NCBI GenBank assembly: GCA_034521815.1
Contig: JAXHLW010000013.1
Location: forward strand, 512,001 to 576,000
Direction: 5' to 3'
Length of the DNA stretch: 64,000 nucleotides
From: Trueperaceae bacterium
Lineage (GTDB): Bacteria > Deinococcota > Deinococci > Deinococcales > Trueperaceae
The notes below the pieces were generated by a model, which ran no database searches, was not told the DNA's origin, and saw only the letters and a program-made list of their open reading frames with translations. Made by a program: the position numbers and the translations under genes. Positions 46,580 to 55,863 of the stretch are shown piece by piece. Numbering within the stretch: the first letter of the stretch is position 1; each line of letters begins with the position of its first letter.

Positions 46580-48772
46580 TCAGGCGGCTCGGCGAGCTCC
46601 TCTGAGCGAGTCGCGCTGCCGGCCCTTGAACCAGACCACCAGCGGCGAGAGGATGAAGATGCTCGAGTACGTCCCGACGCCGATGCCGATCAGCAGGGTG
46701 GCCGAGAAGTCGCGCAGCACGCTCCCCCCGAACAGCAGCAGGGCGATGACCGGCAGCAGGGTGGTGCCGGAGGTCATCAGGGTGCGCGACAGGGTCTGGT
46801 TGACCGACAGGTCCACGATCTCCTCGTAGCTGCGGTCGCGGACCTTGCGCAAGTTCTCGCGGATCCGGTCGGCGATGATGATCGAGTCGTTCAGCGAGTA
46901 GCCGACGACGAACAGCATCGCGGCCAGGACCGGAATGCTGAACTGGGCGTTCAGCAGGTCGATCACGCCCAGCGTGATGCCGACGTCGTGGATCGCGGCG
47001 ATGACCGCGGCGATCGCCACGATCCAGGTCGGCCAGAAGCGCCACGACACGTACAGCAGGATCAGCGCCAGCGCCACGCCGACGGCGTACAGCGCACCGC
47101 GGCGCAGGTCGGCCCCGACGGCGGGCCCGACGAAGTCGGCCTGCAGCAGCGAGGCGTTCAGGGCGCTCGCCAGGTCGGTGGGGAACTGGTCGGCGACGTC
47201 CTCGTTCTCGGTCAGGCCCACGCGGACGCTCATCAGGTTCTCGCCCAGCACGTCGTCCTGCACCTCGACCACGGTCGCTTCGTCGCCCGACACGCCTTCG
47301 AACCCGAGCGCGTCGATCGCGGACCGGACGCCGCCGACGGTCAGCGGCTCCTCGCCCTGCATCAGCACCGCGGTGCCGCCGGTGAAGTCGGTGGAGAGCT
47401 GCAGCCCCTTGATCGCCACGGTGGCGATCGCCCCCAGCGCCAGCACGGCCGAGATCGCCATGACGACCGGGGCACGCCGGACGAAGCGGAAGCGGAGGCC
47501 GGTCGCGTAGAACCCTTTGGGCATCATCGGACGGCGGATCTTGGTGCTGGCCAGGTCCAACATCCAGGGGACGACCACGGTGTTGACGAACACCGCGGCG
47601 ACGATCCCGATCGCCAGCGTGATCGCGAAGCCCCGCACCGGACCGGCGGTGTACTGGTACAGCGTTCCGGCGGCCAGCAGGGTCGTGACGTTGGCGTCGA
47701 TGATGGCCGAGAGCGAGTTGCCGAAGCCGTGCTTCATCGACAGCCTGAGCCCGCGTCCGGCGCGGAGCTCCTCCTTGATGCGCTCGAAGCTGATCACGTT
47801 GCCGTCGACGGCGGCTCCGATGGTCAGCACCAGGCCGGCCAGGCCGGGCAGCGTCAGCGCGGCGCCCAGGCCGGCGAGCACGCCGAACACGAACAGCAGC
47901 GCCAGCATGACGCCGACGGTGAGAATCCCGCCGAACAACGGACCGTAGTACGCCAGGATCACAACGATCACCGCCGCGCCGCCGATCAGCGCCGCGTTGC
48001 GGCCGGCCCGGATCGAGTCCTGGCCCAGCGTCGGCCCGATCGAGCGGACCTCCTGGACCTGGAGGTTGATCGGCAGGCTGCCGCTGCGGAGCACCAGCGC
48101 GATGTCGGTCGCCTCGTCCAAGCTCTCGATGCCGGTGATCTGGCCCGAGTCGCTGATGCGCGACTGCAGCGTGGGGGCGGTGATGATGGTCCCGTCCAGC
48201 ACGATCGCCATCCGGCGGCCGGTGTTGCTGCCGGTGAAGTCGCCGAAGTCGGACGCGTTCTCGCGCTTGATCTCGAAGAACACGGCCGGCCCCATCGAGG
48301 CGCCGCCGACCCGCTCGAAGTCCGCGCTGGCGGTGCGGACGATCTCGCCCGTGAAGGCGGTCTCCTCGAGCTGCTCCAAGGTGAGCTGCGAGGTCAGCAG
48401 ACTGTTCGCCTCGGGCCGCACGAGCGCGAACTCGAGCTGCGCCTGCTGGCCGATCAGGTCCAGCGCGCGGTCCTGATCGCTGGAGGTGAGCCCGGGCAGC
48501 TCGACGATGATGCGATCGCCGCCGCTGGTCTGGATCAGCGGCTCGGCGACGCCGAACTCGTTCACGCGGTTCTCGATGATGTTGCGGGCGGCCTGCAGAT
48601 CCTGAGGTGCGGGGTCGGGCAGCTCGGACTGCAGCACGACGCGGAGGCCGCCCTGGAGGTCGAGGCCGAGCTTCAGGGCGTCCGCGTCAGGCGTCCACGG
48701 TTTCCAGAGGTAGGCCAGCGAGGCGAGGATGGCGGCCAGCACCAGCAGGCCGGTGAACAATCGTTGGGTCAT
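46580..48772 (-). CDS. secDF: Fused protein translocase subunit SecDF
   Basis: LGLDLQGG, LVLRSGSLP, AVDGNV..FERIKEE, DFTGG, GYSLNDSIII.DRIRE. Confidence 0.96.
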   Translation of the reverse strand: MTQRLFTGLLVLAAILASLAYLWKPWTPDADALKLGLDLQGGLRVVLQSELPDPAPQDLQAARNIIENRVNEFGVAEPLIQTSGGDRIIVELPGLTSSDQDRALDLIGQQAQLEFALVRPEANSLLTSQLTLEQLEETAFTGEIVRTASADFERVGGASMGPAVFFEIKRENASDFGDFTGSNTGRRMAIVLDGTIITAPTLQSRISDSGQITGIESLDEATDIALVLRSGSLPINLQVQEVRSIGPTLGQDSIRAGRNAALIGGAAVIVVILAYYGPLFGGILTVGVMLALLFVFGVLAGLGAALTLPGLAGLVLTIGAAVDGNVISFERIKEELRAGRGLRLSMKHGFGNSLSAIIDANVTTLLAAGTLYQYTAGPVRGFAITLAIGIVAAVFVNTVVVPWMLDLASTKIRRPMMPKGFYATGLRFRFVRRAPVVMAISAVLALGAIATVAIKGLQLSTDFTGGTAVLMQGEEPLTVGGVRSAIDALGFEGVSGDEATVVEVQDDVLGENLMSVRVGLTENEDVADQFPTDLASALNASLLQADFVGPAVGADLRRGALYAVGVALALILLYVSWRFWPTWIVAIAAVIAAIHDVGITLGVIDLLNAQFSIPVLAAMLFVVGYSLNDSIIIADRIRENLRKVRDRSYEEIVDLSVNQTLSRTLMTSGTTLLPVIALLLFGGSVLRDFSATLLIGIGVGTYSSIFILSPLVVWFKGRQRDSLRGARRAA

Positions 48773-48886
48773 CGGGGCTCCCTATCGACGCGTCGTCGTC
48801 GAGGCGTCGTCATGTCGGTGGTGTTCAGAGCTGTGGTGTTCAGAGCTGTTCGGGATGCGGGCGTGTCGTGCCATGCCGCCCGACCC

Positions 48887-49309
48887 TCAGCCGCCTTCCA
48901 AGTTCCTTCGGGCGAACCACCGTTGCGCGCGGGTTCGCACGGCCCCGCGCGATCCCAGGAGGTGCCTGCCGGCCGGCGTGGCGGGCCGGGTCACGGCCGC
49001 GCGCCGCACCGTGCCGGCGAGCCGGTGATGGCTGGCCGGCGCGCTCGCGGACGACACCGGGGCCGTCCACAGCAGCGTCGTGGGCGTGGCGGTCAGGCCC
49101 GGATCGGCCGGCCCGTCGGCCGGCCGGTCGGCTCGGCTCGCGTCCGGGTGCAGCTGCAGCCCGGCCAGCGCCACCGACGTCGCCAACAGGAGCGCGACCG
49201 CCAGCGTCACCGTCGCCGCCACCATCGCCGCCACCGCGACGCCGGACGGGTCGCGGGATCGCACGCAGGGGCGCGATCGAGCGGGGCGGGGAGGACGGGC
49301 GCGGATCAC
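48887..49309 (-). CDS. Upstream ORF of secDF with TM/signal segment; candidate translation-arrest monitor peptide
   Basis: TAGGAT-N7-GTG leaderless start; Arg-rich N-terminus, ~30-aa hydrophobic stretch, low-complexity linker, C-terminus AQRWFARRNLEGG*; ends 114 nt before secDF. Confidence 0.65.
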   Translation of the reverse strand: MIRARPPRPARSRPCVRSRDPSGVAVAAMVAATVTLAVALLLATSVALAGLQLHPDASRADRPADGPADPGLTATPTTLLWTAPVSSASAPASHHRLAGTVRRAAVTRPATPAGRHLLGSRGAVRTRAQRWFARRNLEGG

Positions 49310-49374
49310 GCGCGCCATCCTACCCCGCCCCGCGGGAGCGACGGTCGGTCCGTCGCGCTCCCGGGTCCGCGCGC

Positions 49375-51231
49375 TCAGGCGAGCGGGATCTCGACCATCT
49401 CGTAGACCTCGATCACGTCGCCTTCCTGCACGTTGTCGTAGTTCTGCAGGTTCACGCCGCACTCGAACCCCTGCGTCACCTCGCGCACGTCCTCCTTGAA
49501 GCGCTTGAGGCCGGCGACCGTGCCCTTGTACACCTCTTTGCCGTCGCGGGTGACGCGCGCCTTGGCGTTGCGCCTGAGCACGCCGTTCGTGACGTACGAG
49601 CCGGCGATGTTGCCGCTCCGGGGGACGCGGATGACCGCGCGGACCTCGGCGTGCCCGATGACCTTCTCTTCGAACTCGGGCTCGATCTGGCCGCGGATCA
49701 TCCGCTGCACGTCCTCGATCAGCTGGTAGATGATCTTGTACGTCTTGAGCGGAATGCCCTGGCGCTCGGCGGACTTCTTGACCGCGCCGGAGGGGTTGAC
49801 GCCGAAGGTGATCACCTGGGCGTCGGCGGTGGAGGCCAGCAGCAGGTCGGACTCGGTCGGGGCGCCGACCTCGGCCAGCATGATGTCGAGGTCGACTTCC
49901 TCGGTCGCCTCGGACTCGCGCTCCAGCACGCCCTTGATCGCTTCGAGCGTGCCTTGCGTGTCGGCCCTCAGCACCAGCGGAATCACCGTCTTGGTGGTCT
50001 TGCCGAACAGATCGGCCAGCGTGATGTTCTTGCGCCCGATCGCCTCGCGCTCGATCGTCTCGCGCTCGTCTTGGCGCGTTTCGGCGAGCTCCTTGGCGGC
50101 GGCCTCGTTCGGTGCCGCCTCGACCAGCGCGCCGGCCTGCGGCTGGCTGCTGAAGCCGAGGATCTGGACCGGCGTCGAAGGACCGGCCTCCTTCAGCGTC
50201 TTGCCGGTGTGGTCGGTGAGCCGGCGGATCTTGGCCCACGCCTCGCCCGAGACGACGTAGTCCGCGACGTGGAGCGTGCCGCGCTGCACCAGCACCGTCG
50301 ACAGCACGCCGGCCTGCTTGTCGAGGATCGACTCGATCACGACGCCCTTGGCGCGTCCGCGCGGATCGGCACGAAGGTCCTCGACCTCGGCGACCAGCGC
50401 GATCATCTCGAGCAGGTCGGGAATCCCCTCGCCCGTCTCGGCGCTGATCGGCACGGTGATCGTCTCGCCGCCGTAGTCCTCGGGCACCAGCTCGACCTGC
50501 ATCAGGTCGCGCTTGACGCGATCGGGGTCGGACTGCGGCAGGTCGATCTTGTTGATCGCCACCAGGATCGGCACGCCGGCGGCCTTGGCGTGGGCGATCG
50601 CCTCGCGCGTCTGCGGCATGATGCTGTCGTCCGCGGCGATGACGATCACGGCGATGTCGGTGGCGTTGGCGCCGCGCTGGCGGATGGCGGTGAACGCCTC
50701 GTGGCCTGGCGTGTCGAGGAAGGTGATCGGCCCGTGCACCGTGTCGGCGATGTACGCGCCGATGTGCTGGGTGATCCCGCCCGCCTCGCCCGCGGCGACC
50801 CGCGTCTTGCGGATATGGTCCAGCAGGCTGGTCTTGCCGTGGTCGACGTGGCCCATGACGGTCACGACCGGCGCCCTGAGCGGGAACGGCTGGCCGTCCT
50901 CGTCGAGCTCGGGACCGGCGTCGGCCGTGGCGACCGGCTCGGCCGGCTCGCCGGGCGAATCGGTCGTGGCGGCTGCGGCGGCCTCGTCCTGGTCCGCCTC
51001 GTCCGCGGCGGCCTGATCCGGGCTGGCCTCGTCGGGGCTGGCCTCGGCGCTGGAGGACTCGCCGTCACGGTCGGCCTCGACCAGGTCACGCACGGTGCTG
51101 GCGGTGTCGGCGTCCAAGGTGCTGGAGTGCGACTTGTACTCGACCCCCATGTCGTCCAGGATGGCGAGCAGCTCCTTGGATTCGACGCCTAGGTCTTTCG
51201 CGAGTTGGTAGATCCGGACTTTCGTGGGCAT
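49375..51231 (-). CDS. infB: Translation initiation factor IF-2 (short form)
   Basis: [48 protein letters not shown]. Confidence 0.98.
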   Translation of the reverse strand: MPTKVRIYQLAKDLGVESKELLAILDDMGVEYKSHSSTLDADTASTVRDLVEADRDGESSSAEASPDEASPDQAAADEADQDEAAAAATTDSPGEPAEPVATADAGPELDEDGQPFPLRAPVVTVMGHVDHGKTSLLDHIRKTRVAAGEAGGITQHIGAYIADTVHGPITFLDTPGHEAFTAIRQRGANATDIAVIVIAADDSIMPQTREAIAHAKAAGVPILVAINKIDLPQSDPDRVKRDLMQVELVPEDYGGETITVPISAETGEGIPDLLEMIALVAEVEDLRADPRGRAKGVVIESILDKQAGVLSTVLVQRGTLHVADYVVSGEAWAKIRRLTDHTGKTLKEAGPSTPVQILGFSSQPQAGALVEAAPNEAAAKELAETRQDERETIEREAIGRKNITLADLFGKTTKTVIPLVLRADTQGTLEAIKGVLERESEATEEVDLDIMLAEVGAPTESDLLLASTADAQVITFGVNPSGAVKKSAERQGIPLKTYKIIYQLIEDVQRMIRGQIEPEFEEKVIGHAEVRAVIRVPRSGNIAGSYVTNGVLRRNAKARVTRDGKEVYKGTVAGLKRFKEDVREVTQGFECGVNLQNYDNVQEGDVIEVYEMVEIPLA

Positions 51232-51552
51232 TCATCCCTCCCTGACGGGGCGTTCCCTGACGGGACGTTCGGTCACCTGCCGATCGAGCTCCGCCGCCAC
51301 CTCGGGGGCGGAGGCTCGAAAAGCGCGCCTGAGGTCTTTTTCGCTGGCCCGGGCCGCGCACGACGCGCACAGCCAAGCGCCTCGTCCACCGGCCTTGCCG
51401 GCCGGGTCGAGATGCCAAGCTCCGTCCGCCGTGCGCGCGACGCGCAGCAGCTCGGCCTTGGGCGCCGAGGTGCGGCAGCGAACGCAGCGTCGCATGGGGA
51501 CGTGTCGCGTGCCGACGTGTCGCTTGGGGACGTGGGGAGTGCGCGCCGTCAC
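51232..51552 (-). CDS. ylxR: YlxR (DUF448) family RNA-binding protein
   Basis: PMRRCVRCR, LLRV, GRGAWLC; lies between nusA and infB. Confidence 0.88.
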   Translation of the reverse strand: MTARTPHVPKRHVGTRHVPMRRCVRCRTSAPKAELLRVARTADGAWHLDPAGKAGGRGAWLCASCAARASEKDLRRAFRASAPEVAAELDRQVTERPVRERPVREG

Positions 51553-51554
51553 GG

Positions 51555-52961
51555 TCAGGACCCGCCGCCGCTCGTGTCCTTGTCGGAGAGGCCGTGCTCG
51601 GGCACGTCGTCCTCGGTGCGCTCCGCCTCGGCGTCGTCGAGCATGTCCTCGGCTACGGCGTCAGGGGCGGCCTCGGGGATCTCCTCCTCGAGCAGCTCGG
51701 TCTCGGTGCGCGGCGGCTGGTCCTCCCCTTCGGTCCCGGGCTGGGGGCCTGAGACCGTCCCGGGCTCCGACGCCGCGACGATCTCGGCGTCGGTGGGGAC
51801 GCCTCCGGGCTGGCCGCTCCCGAACAGCGCGTCGAACCGGGCACGCGAGCCGGCCTGCGGAGCGTACGGGTCGTCCAGCCGGGTGGCGGCCGCCTGCATC
51901 GCCGCGTCCAGGTCGCTGGTCGTGTCCGACGCCTCGAGGTCGATCTTGTAGCCGGTCAGCTTCACCGCCAGGCGGACGTTCTGCCCGCCCTTGCCGATCG
52001 CCAGCGAGAGCTGGTCCTCGGGAACGAGGACGCGCGCCTGCATCTCCTCCGAATCGAGCTCGATGGTGCCCACCTTGGCGGGGGAGAGCGCGTTGCGGAT
52101 GAACTCGCGCGGGTTGGCGTCCCACATGATGATGTCGACCCGCTCGCGCTGCAGCTCGGCGGTGACCGCCTGGATGCGGCTGCCGCGATGGCCGATGCAG
52201 GCGCCGATCGGGTCCACGTTCGGGCTGTTGCTGGTGACGGCCACCTTGCTGCGTGCGCCGGCCTCGCGGGCGGTCGCCTTGATCTCGACGGTGCCGTCGG
52301 CGACCTCGGGAATCTCCTGGCGCATCAGGTAGGTGAGCAGCTCGCCCGCCGCGCGCGACACCAGGATGCTGGGACCGCGGGTCCCGAGCTCGACGCTGGC
52401 GACGTACACCTTCAGGCGCATGCCCACCATGTAGCGCTCGCCCTGGATCTGCTCGCGCGGCGGCATGATCGCCTCGCCGCGGCCCAGGTCCACGAACACG
52501 TTGCGCTTGTTGTCGACGCGGCTGACGACGCCGGTGATGATCTCGCCGGCACGGTCCTTGTACTCCTCGTACACCAGCGCGCGCTCGGCCTCGCGGATCT
52601 TCTGGGTGATCATCTGCTTCGACGTCTGGACGGCGATGCGGGTGAACTTCTCGGGATCGACCGGGAACTCCATCTCCATGCCGACCTCGACGTCGGGATC
52701 GAGATCCACGGCCTCGCCCAAGAGGATCTCCTTCTCGTGCTCGTCCTCGTCCTCGTTGGGCTCCTCGACCACCTTGCGGATCTCGAGGACCTCCATCTCG
52801 CCGGACTCGGGGTCGATCGTGACCTCGATCCGCCGGCCGGGCATGACGTTGCGCTCGAACGCGTGCTCGAGCGCCTCCTCGAAGCTGACCAGCAGCTGGT
52901 CCTTGTCGAGGTTGCGTTCCGCCGCCATCATGTTGAGGGCGTCGATGAATTCCTTGTTCAT
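51555..52961 (-). CDS. nusA: Transcription termination/antitermination factor NusA
   Basis: MNKEF, QKIREAER, AREAGARSKVAV, DQLSLAIGKGGQNVRLA. Confidence 0.97.
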   Translation of the reverse strand: MNKEFIDALNMMAAERNLDKDQLLVSFEEALEHAFERNVMPGRRIEVTIDPESGEMEVLEIRKVVEEPNEDEDEHEKEILLGEAVDLDPDVEVGMEMEFPVDPEKFTRIAVQTSKQMITQKIREAERALVYEEYKDRAGEIITGVVSRVDNKRNVFVDLGRGEAIMPPREQIQGERYMVGMRLKVYVASVELGTRGPSILVSRAAGELLTYLMRQEIPEVADGTVEIKATAREAGARSKVAVTSNSPNVDPIGACIGHRGSRIQAVTAELQRERVDIIMWDANPREFIRNALSPAKVGTIELDSEEMQARVLVPEDQLSLAIGKGGQNVRLAVKLTGYKIDLEASDTTSDLDAAMQAAATRLDDPYAPQAGSRARFDALFGSGQPGGVPTDAEIVAASEPGTVSGPQPGTEGEDQPPRTETELLEEEIPEAAPDAVAEDMLDDAEAERTEDDVPEHGLSDKDTSGGGS

Positions 52962-52996
52962 GGGGTGTCCGTCTCCTTCGTCGTATTCGGTTGTCG

Positions 52997-53440
52997 TCAG
53001 CGCGGCTCGTCGGGCCATTCGGCCAACCGCGCGGTCTCGATGTCGTCCAGGTCCAGCACGATCCGCTCGCCGTCGACCTCGAACGTGACCCGGTCTCGCT
53101 CGACCTCGCGAACGACGCCGGTGAAGGCGCGATCGGCGGTACGGACCTTGGCCCGCAGGTCGTGGAACCGTTCGAAGTGCCGCGCCCGGAAGAGCGGCCT
53201 CTCGGCGCCGGGCGACTCGATCTCGAGCTGGTACGCAGCGGCGATCGGGTCGAGCCGGTCGAGCTCCAGCCCGAACGCCTCGCCCGCGATCTGCACGTCC
53301 TCGACCGAGACGAGCTCTTCGTCCAGACGGTCGATGCGCACCAGGACTCGCGGCGTGCGTCCCTTCCGGGACATCGTGGCCTCGAGCACCTCGTAGCCGA
53401 GCGGCGCGAGAACCTCGCGAGCGGCCTGCGCCAGATCCAT
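52997..53440 (-). CDS. rimP: Ribosome maturation factor RimP
   Basis: LDRLDPI..AYQLEIESPGAERPL; SD AGGAGGT. Confidence 0.93.
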   Translation of the reverse strand: MDLAQAAREVLAPLGYEVLEATMSRKGRTPRVLVRIDRLDEELVSVEDVQIAGEAFGLELDRLDPIAAAYQLEIESPGAERPLFRARHFERFHDLRAKVRTADRAFTGVVREVERDRVTFEVDGERIVLDLDDIETARLAEWPDEPR

Positions 53441-53513
53441 GCTACCTCCTAAGGTCCGCGCCGCCCCGCGGCCTGCGTTCGGCGATGCGTGCGGCGATGC
53501 GTGCCAGGCAACG

Positions 53514-53541
53514 AAAAAGGCGGGCTCTGGAACACCCACCC
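53514..53541 (-). promoter_or_regulatory. rimP leader terminator-like hairpin
   Basis: Minus strand GGGTGGG-loop-CCCGCC-TTTTT in the rimP 5' UTR, like the widespread rimP leader. Confidence 0.65.
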
Positions 53542-53572
53542 GTCACGGCAGCCGGACCGTCGTCCGTTCACC

Positions 53573-53602
53573 ATCCTAGCGCTTCGCGGCCGCCAGGTAC
53601 AA
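53573..53602 (-). promoter_or_regulatory. Sigma70 promoter of rimP-nusA-infB
   Basis: Minus strand TTGTAC-N18-TAGGAT. Confidence 0.55.
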
Positions 53603-53673
53603 GGCCGGTCGCGACGGCGCCGCAGCGCGAGGCGTCGCGACCGGCGTGCACCGCCTACGTGCACCGCGTTCGC

Positions 53674-53702
53674 TTTACAGCCTGCACGCGCGCAGGTAGC
53701 AT
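53674..53702 (+). promoter_or_regulatory. Sigma70 promoter for the aminotransferase leader
   Basis: TTTACA-N17-TAGCAT. Confidence 0.7.
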
Positions 53703-53709
53703 GCGGCCC

Positions 53710-53739
53710 ATGTCGGTTTCGGTCCGAGCTACCTGCTAG
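53710..53739 (+). CDS. Putative leaderless leader peptide MSVSVRATC
   Basis: ATG 7 nt after the -10 box; followed at once by a hairpin and a terminator. Confidence 0.55.
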   Translation: MSVSVRATC

Positions 53740-53767
53740 CGACGCGCCCCTCAGCGCGTCGCCCGAC

Positions 53768-53801
53768 GGATGACCCTCATCGCAGGGTCGTCCTTTTTGT
53801 T
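53768..53801 (+). terminator. Attenuator-type intrinsic terminator in the 5' leader of the aminotransferase
   Basis: GGATGACCCT-catcgc-AGGGTCGTCC-TTTTTGTT. Confidence 0.8.
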
Positions 53802-53862
53802 GGTCGCGACGCCAGATCGCGACCGCTCGGGCTCTCCGCTTCCGACCGTCTGGAGGATCATC

Positions 53863-55020
53863 ATGCGACCGACCGGCGAGGTCCTGCTGCTCACCCCGGG
53901 TCCGACCCCCATCCATCCGCGAGCCCTCGCCGCCATGCAGTGGCCGATGCGGGGCCACATGGATCCCGAGGTGTTCGCCTACAACGACCAGGTCGTGGCG
54001 GACCTGACCGAGCTGTACGGCGCGCCCGAGGGCGCGTTCGCGAGCCTCCTGTCGGGCACCGGGTCGCTGGGGATGGAGGCCGGGCTGGCCAACCTGCTCG
54101 AACACGGCGACCGGCTGCTGGTCGCGTCCAACGGCGTGTTCGGCGAGCGGATGATCGAGATGGGCCGGCGGCTGGGCGCCGAGGTGAGCGTGGTGCGCGC
54201 CGAGCCGGGCGCCGCGATCGATCCGGCCGTCGTGGGCGAGGCGGCGCGGCGGCTCGAGCCGAAGGTCGTCGCGGTGGTGCACGGCGAAACCAGCACCGGG
54301 GTGCTGAACCCGCTGGCCGAGATCGCGGCCGCGGTCCGCGGCAGCGGAGCGCTGCTCTCGGTCGACGCGGTCACCACCGTCGGCATGATGCCGTTCGACA
54401 TGGCGGCGCTCGGGGTGGACTACGCCTACACCGGCTCGCAGAAGTGCCTGTCCGCGCCCCCCGGGCTGGCGCCCGTCGTGTACGGACCGGCCGCGATGGA
54501 CGCGGTCGTCGCGCGGCGCACGCCCGTCACGAGCTGGTACGCCGACGCGACGGGGATGCAAGCGTACTGGCAGCCGGGCGGCGCCCGCGCCTACCATCAC
54601 ACCGTGCCGGTGCAGCTTCATTGGGCCACCGGCGAGGCGATCCGAGCGGCGCTCGAGGAAGGCCTCGTCGCCAGGGAGGCGCGTGTCCGCTGGCTGGGAC
54701 GCGCGATCCTGGACGCCCTCGCCCCCGAGGGGTTCGCTCCGTTCGTGCCCGAGCCGCACCGGCTCCCGACCGTGCTGGCCCTGCGCCTGCCCGTCGGGCT
54801 CGACGACGCGGCGGTGCGCGGGGCGCTGCGCGGCCGGTACGCGATCAGCGTGACCGGCGGCCTCGGTCCGACGGCGGGGCGGATCTGGCGGCTGGGCCTG
54901 ATGGGCGAGAACGCGCGCTACCAGCATTACCTGCGCCTGATGGAGGCGCTGGCCGAGCTGCTGCCCGCACCGGAGCTGCCCGCCCGGTTCGAGCGCGCCG
55001 CCGCCCCGGTGGCCGCGTGA
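53863..55020 (+). CDS. Class V PLP aminotransferase (serine-pyruvate/alanine-glyoxylate family)
   Basis: [42 protein letters not shown]. Confidence 0.9.
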   Translation: MRPTGEVLLLTPGPTPIHPRALAAMQWPMRGHMDPEVFAYNDQVVADLTELYGAPEGAFASLLSGTGSLGMEAGLANLLEHGDRLLVASNGVFGERMIEMGRRLGAEVSVVRAEPGAAIDPAVVGEAARRLEPKVVAVVHGETSTGVLNPLAEIAAAVRGSGALLSVDAVTTVGMMPFDMAALGVDYAYTGSQKCLSAPPGLAPVVYGPAAMDAVVARRTPVTSWYADATGMQAYWQPGGARAYHHTVPVQLHWATGEAIRAALEEGLVAREARVRWLGRAILDALAPEGFAPFVPEPHRLPTVLALRLPVGLDDAAVRGALRGRYAISVTGGLGPTAGRIWRLGLMGENARYQHYLRLMEALAELLPAPELPARFERAAAPVAA

Positions 55021-55643
55021 CCGACGACGACGACGCCCGCAACGACGCCCGCAACGCCGAGCGAGACGACGTTCGCGAGCACCAGGCCAGCGAGCTGGCC
55101 CGGCGGCGCGCCGCGCGGGCCGGCCTGGATCTCGACACGCTCAGGCGCGACGCGCCGGACCAGTACCGGATGCTGAACGCCGAGGAGATCGTCCGGGTCT
55201 CGCCCGAGCTGGCCGAGGTCGCGGCCGAGCTGGTGTGGGAGATGTTCGAGGAGCGGCGCATCTACCGCGTGCCCGGCGAGGGCGTGGAGCGGCTGCTGGC
55301 CTTTCCGCCGCTCTCCGAGCAGGAGCTCGAGCGCTTCGACGACGCGGCGGCGGATCTGGTCGCCCGGCCGGCGTACGAGACCGAGCTGGCGTTCTTTCGC
55401 ACCGTGCGGGATCTGCGCGGCACGCGGCGCGAGCTGATGCTGCCCACCCCGCCCGAGGCGTGGCGTGGCGAGGCCGTCCTGGTCGGCCCGTTCCGCGACC
55501 GGGAGGAGGCGGAGGGCTGGCCCGCCGGACGGCTTCCGCCCGAGCTGGTGGCCGATCCGTTGCCGTACCGGGGCCGCTGGTTCTGCGACGTGTTCCGCGG
55601 TGACGAAGACCTGCTCTTTCCAGGGGACGGCTCCGCGTCGTGA
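55017..55643 (+). CDS. Hypothetical protein
   Basis: GTGA overlap with the aminotransferase stop; typical codon usage; 208 aa. Confidence 0.6.
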   Translation: MTDDDDARNDARNAERDDVREHQASELARRRAARAGLDLDTLRRDAPDQYRMLNAEEIVRVSPELAEVAAELVWEMFEERRIYRVPGEGVERLLAFPPLSEQELERFDDAAADLVARPAYETELAFFRTVRDLRGTRRELMLPTPPEAWRGEAVLVGPFRDREEAEGWPAGRLPPELVADPLPYRGRWFCDVFRGDEDLLFPGDGSAS

Positions 55644-55668
55644 GCCCAGGCGCCGACGAGCCGCGCGC

Positions 55669-55697
55669 TTGACGCTCGTCCGGGCCGGGGCTACAGT
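55669..55697 (+). promoter_or_regulatory. Sigma70 promoter of the pheST leader
   Basis: TTGACG-N17-TACAGT. Confidence 0.75.
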
Positions 55698-55703
55698 CTG
55701 TCG

Positions 55704-55742
55704 ATGACGCGATTCGCTCGGACTGAAGCGTTCGTTGACTGA
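55704..55742 (+). CDS. Putative leaderless Phe-containing leader peptide MTRFARTEAFVD
   Basis: ATG 6 nt after the -10 box; two TTC codons; upstream of a terminator and pheS. Confidence 0.65.
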   Translation: MTRFARTEAFVD

Positions 55743-55768
55743 GCGGCGCGGGCCCACCGCGTCGCAGC

Positions 55769-55801
55769 GCCGCCGTTCCCGCTAGGGGACGCGGCTTTTT
55801 T
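55769..55801 (+). terminator. pheST attenuator terminator
   Basis: GCCGC(C)GTTCCC-gcta-GGGGACGCGGC-TTTTTT. Confidence 0.8.
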
Positions 55802-55863
55802 GTGGTCGCGGAGCGGCCGCCGGCCCGCCGGGTTCCGCGCCCGACCGTCCCCGAGGAGGAACG

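Noticed and set aside
55704-55801. T-box riboswitch before pheS
   Set aside because: The leader is too short for stem I and lacks the GGTGGNACC T-box; the uORF attenuator explains it better.
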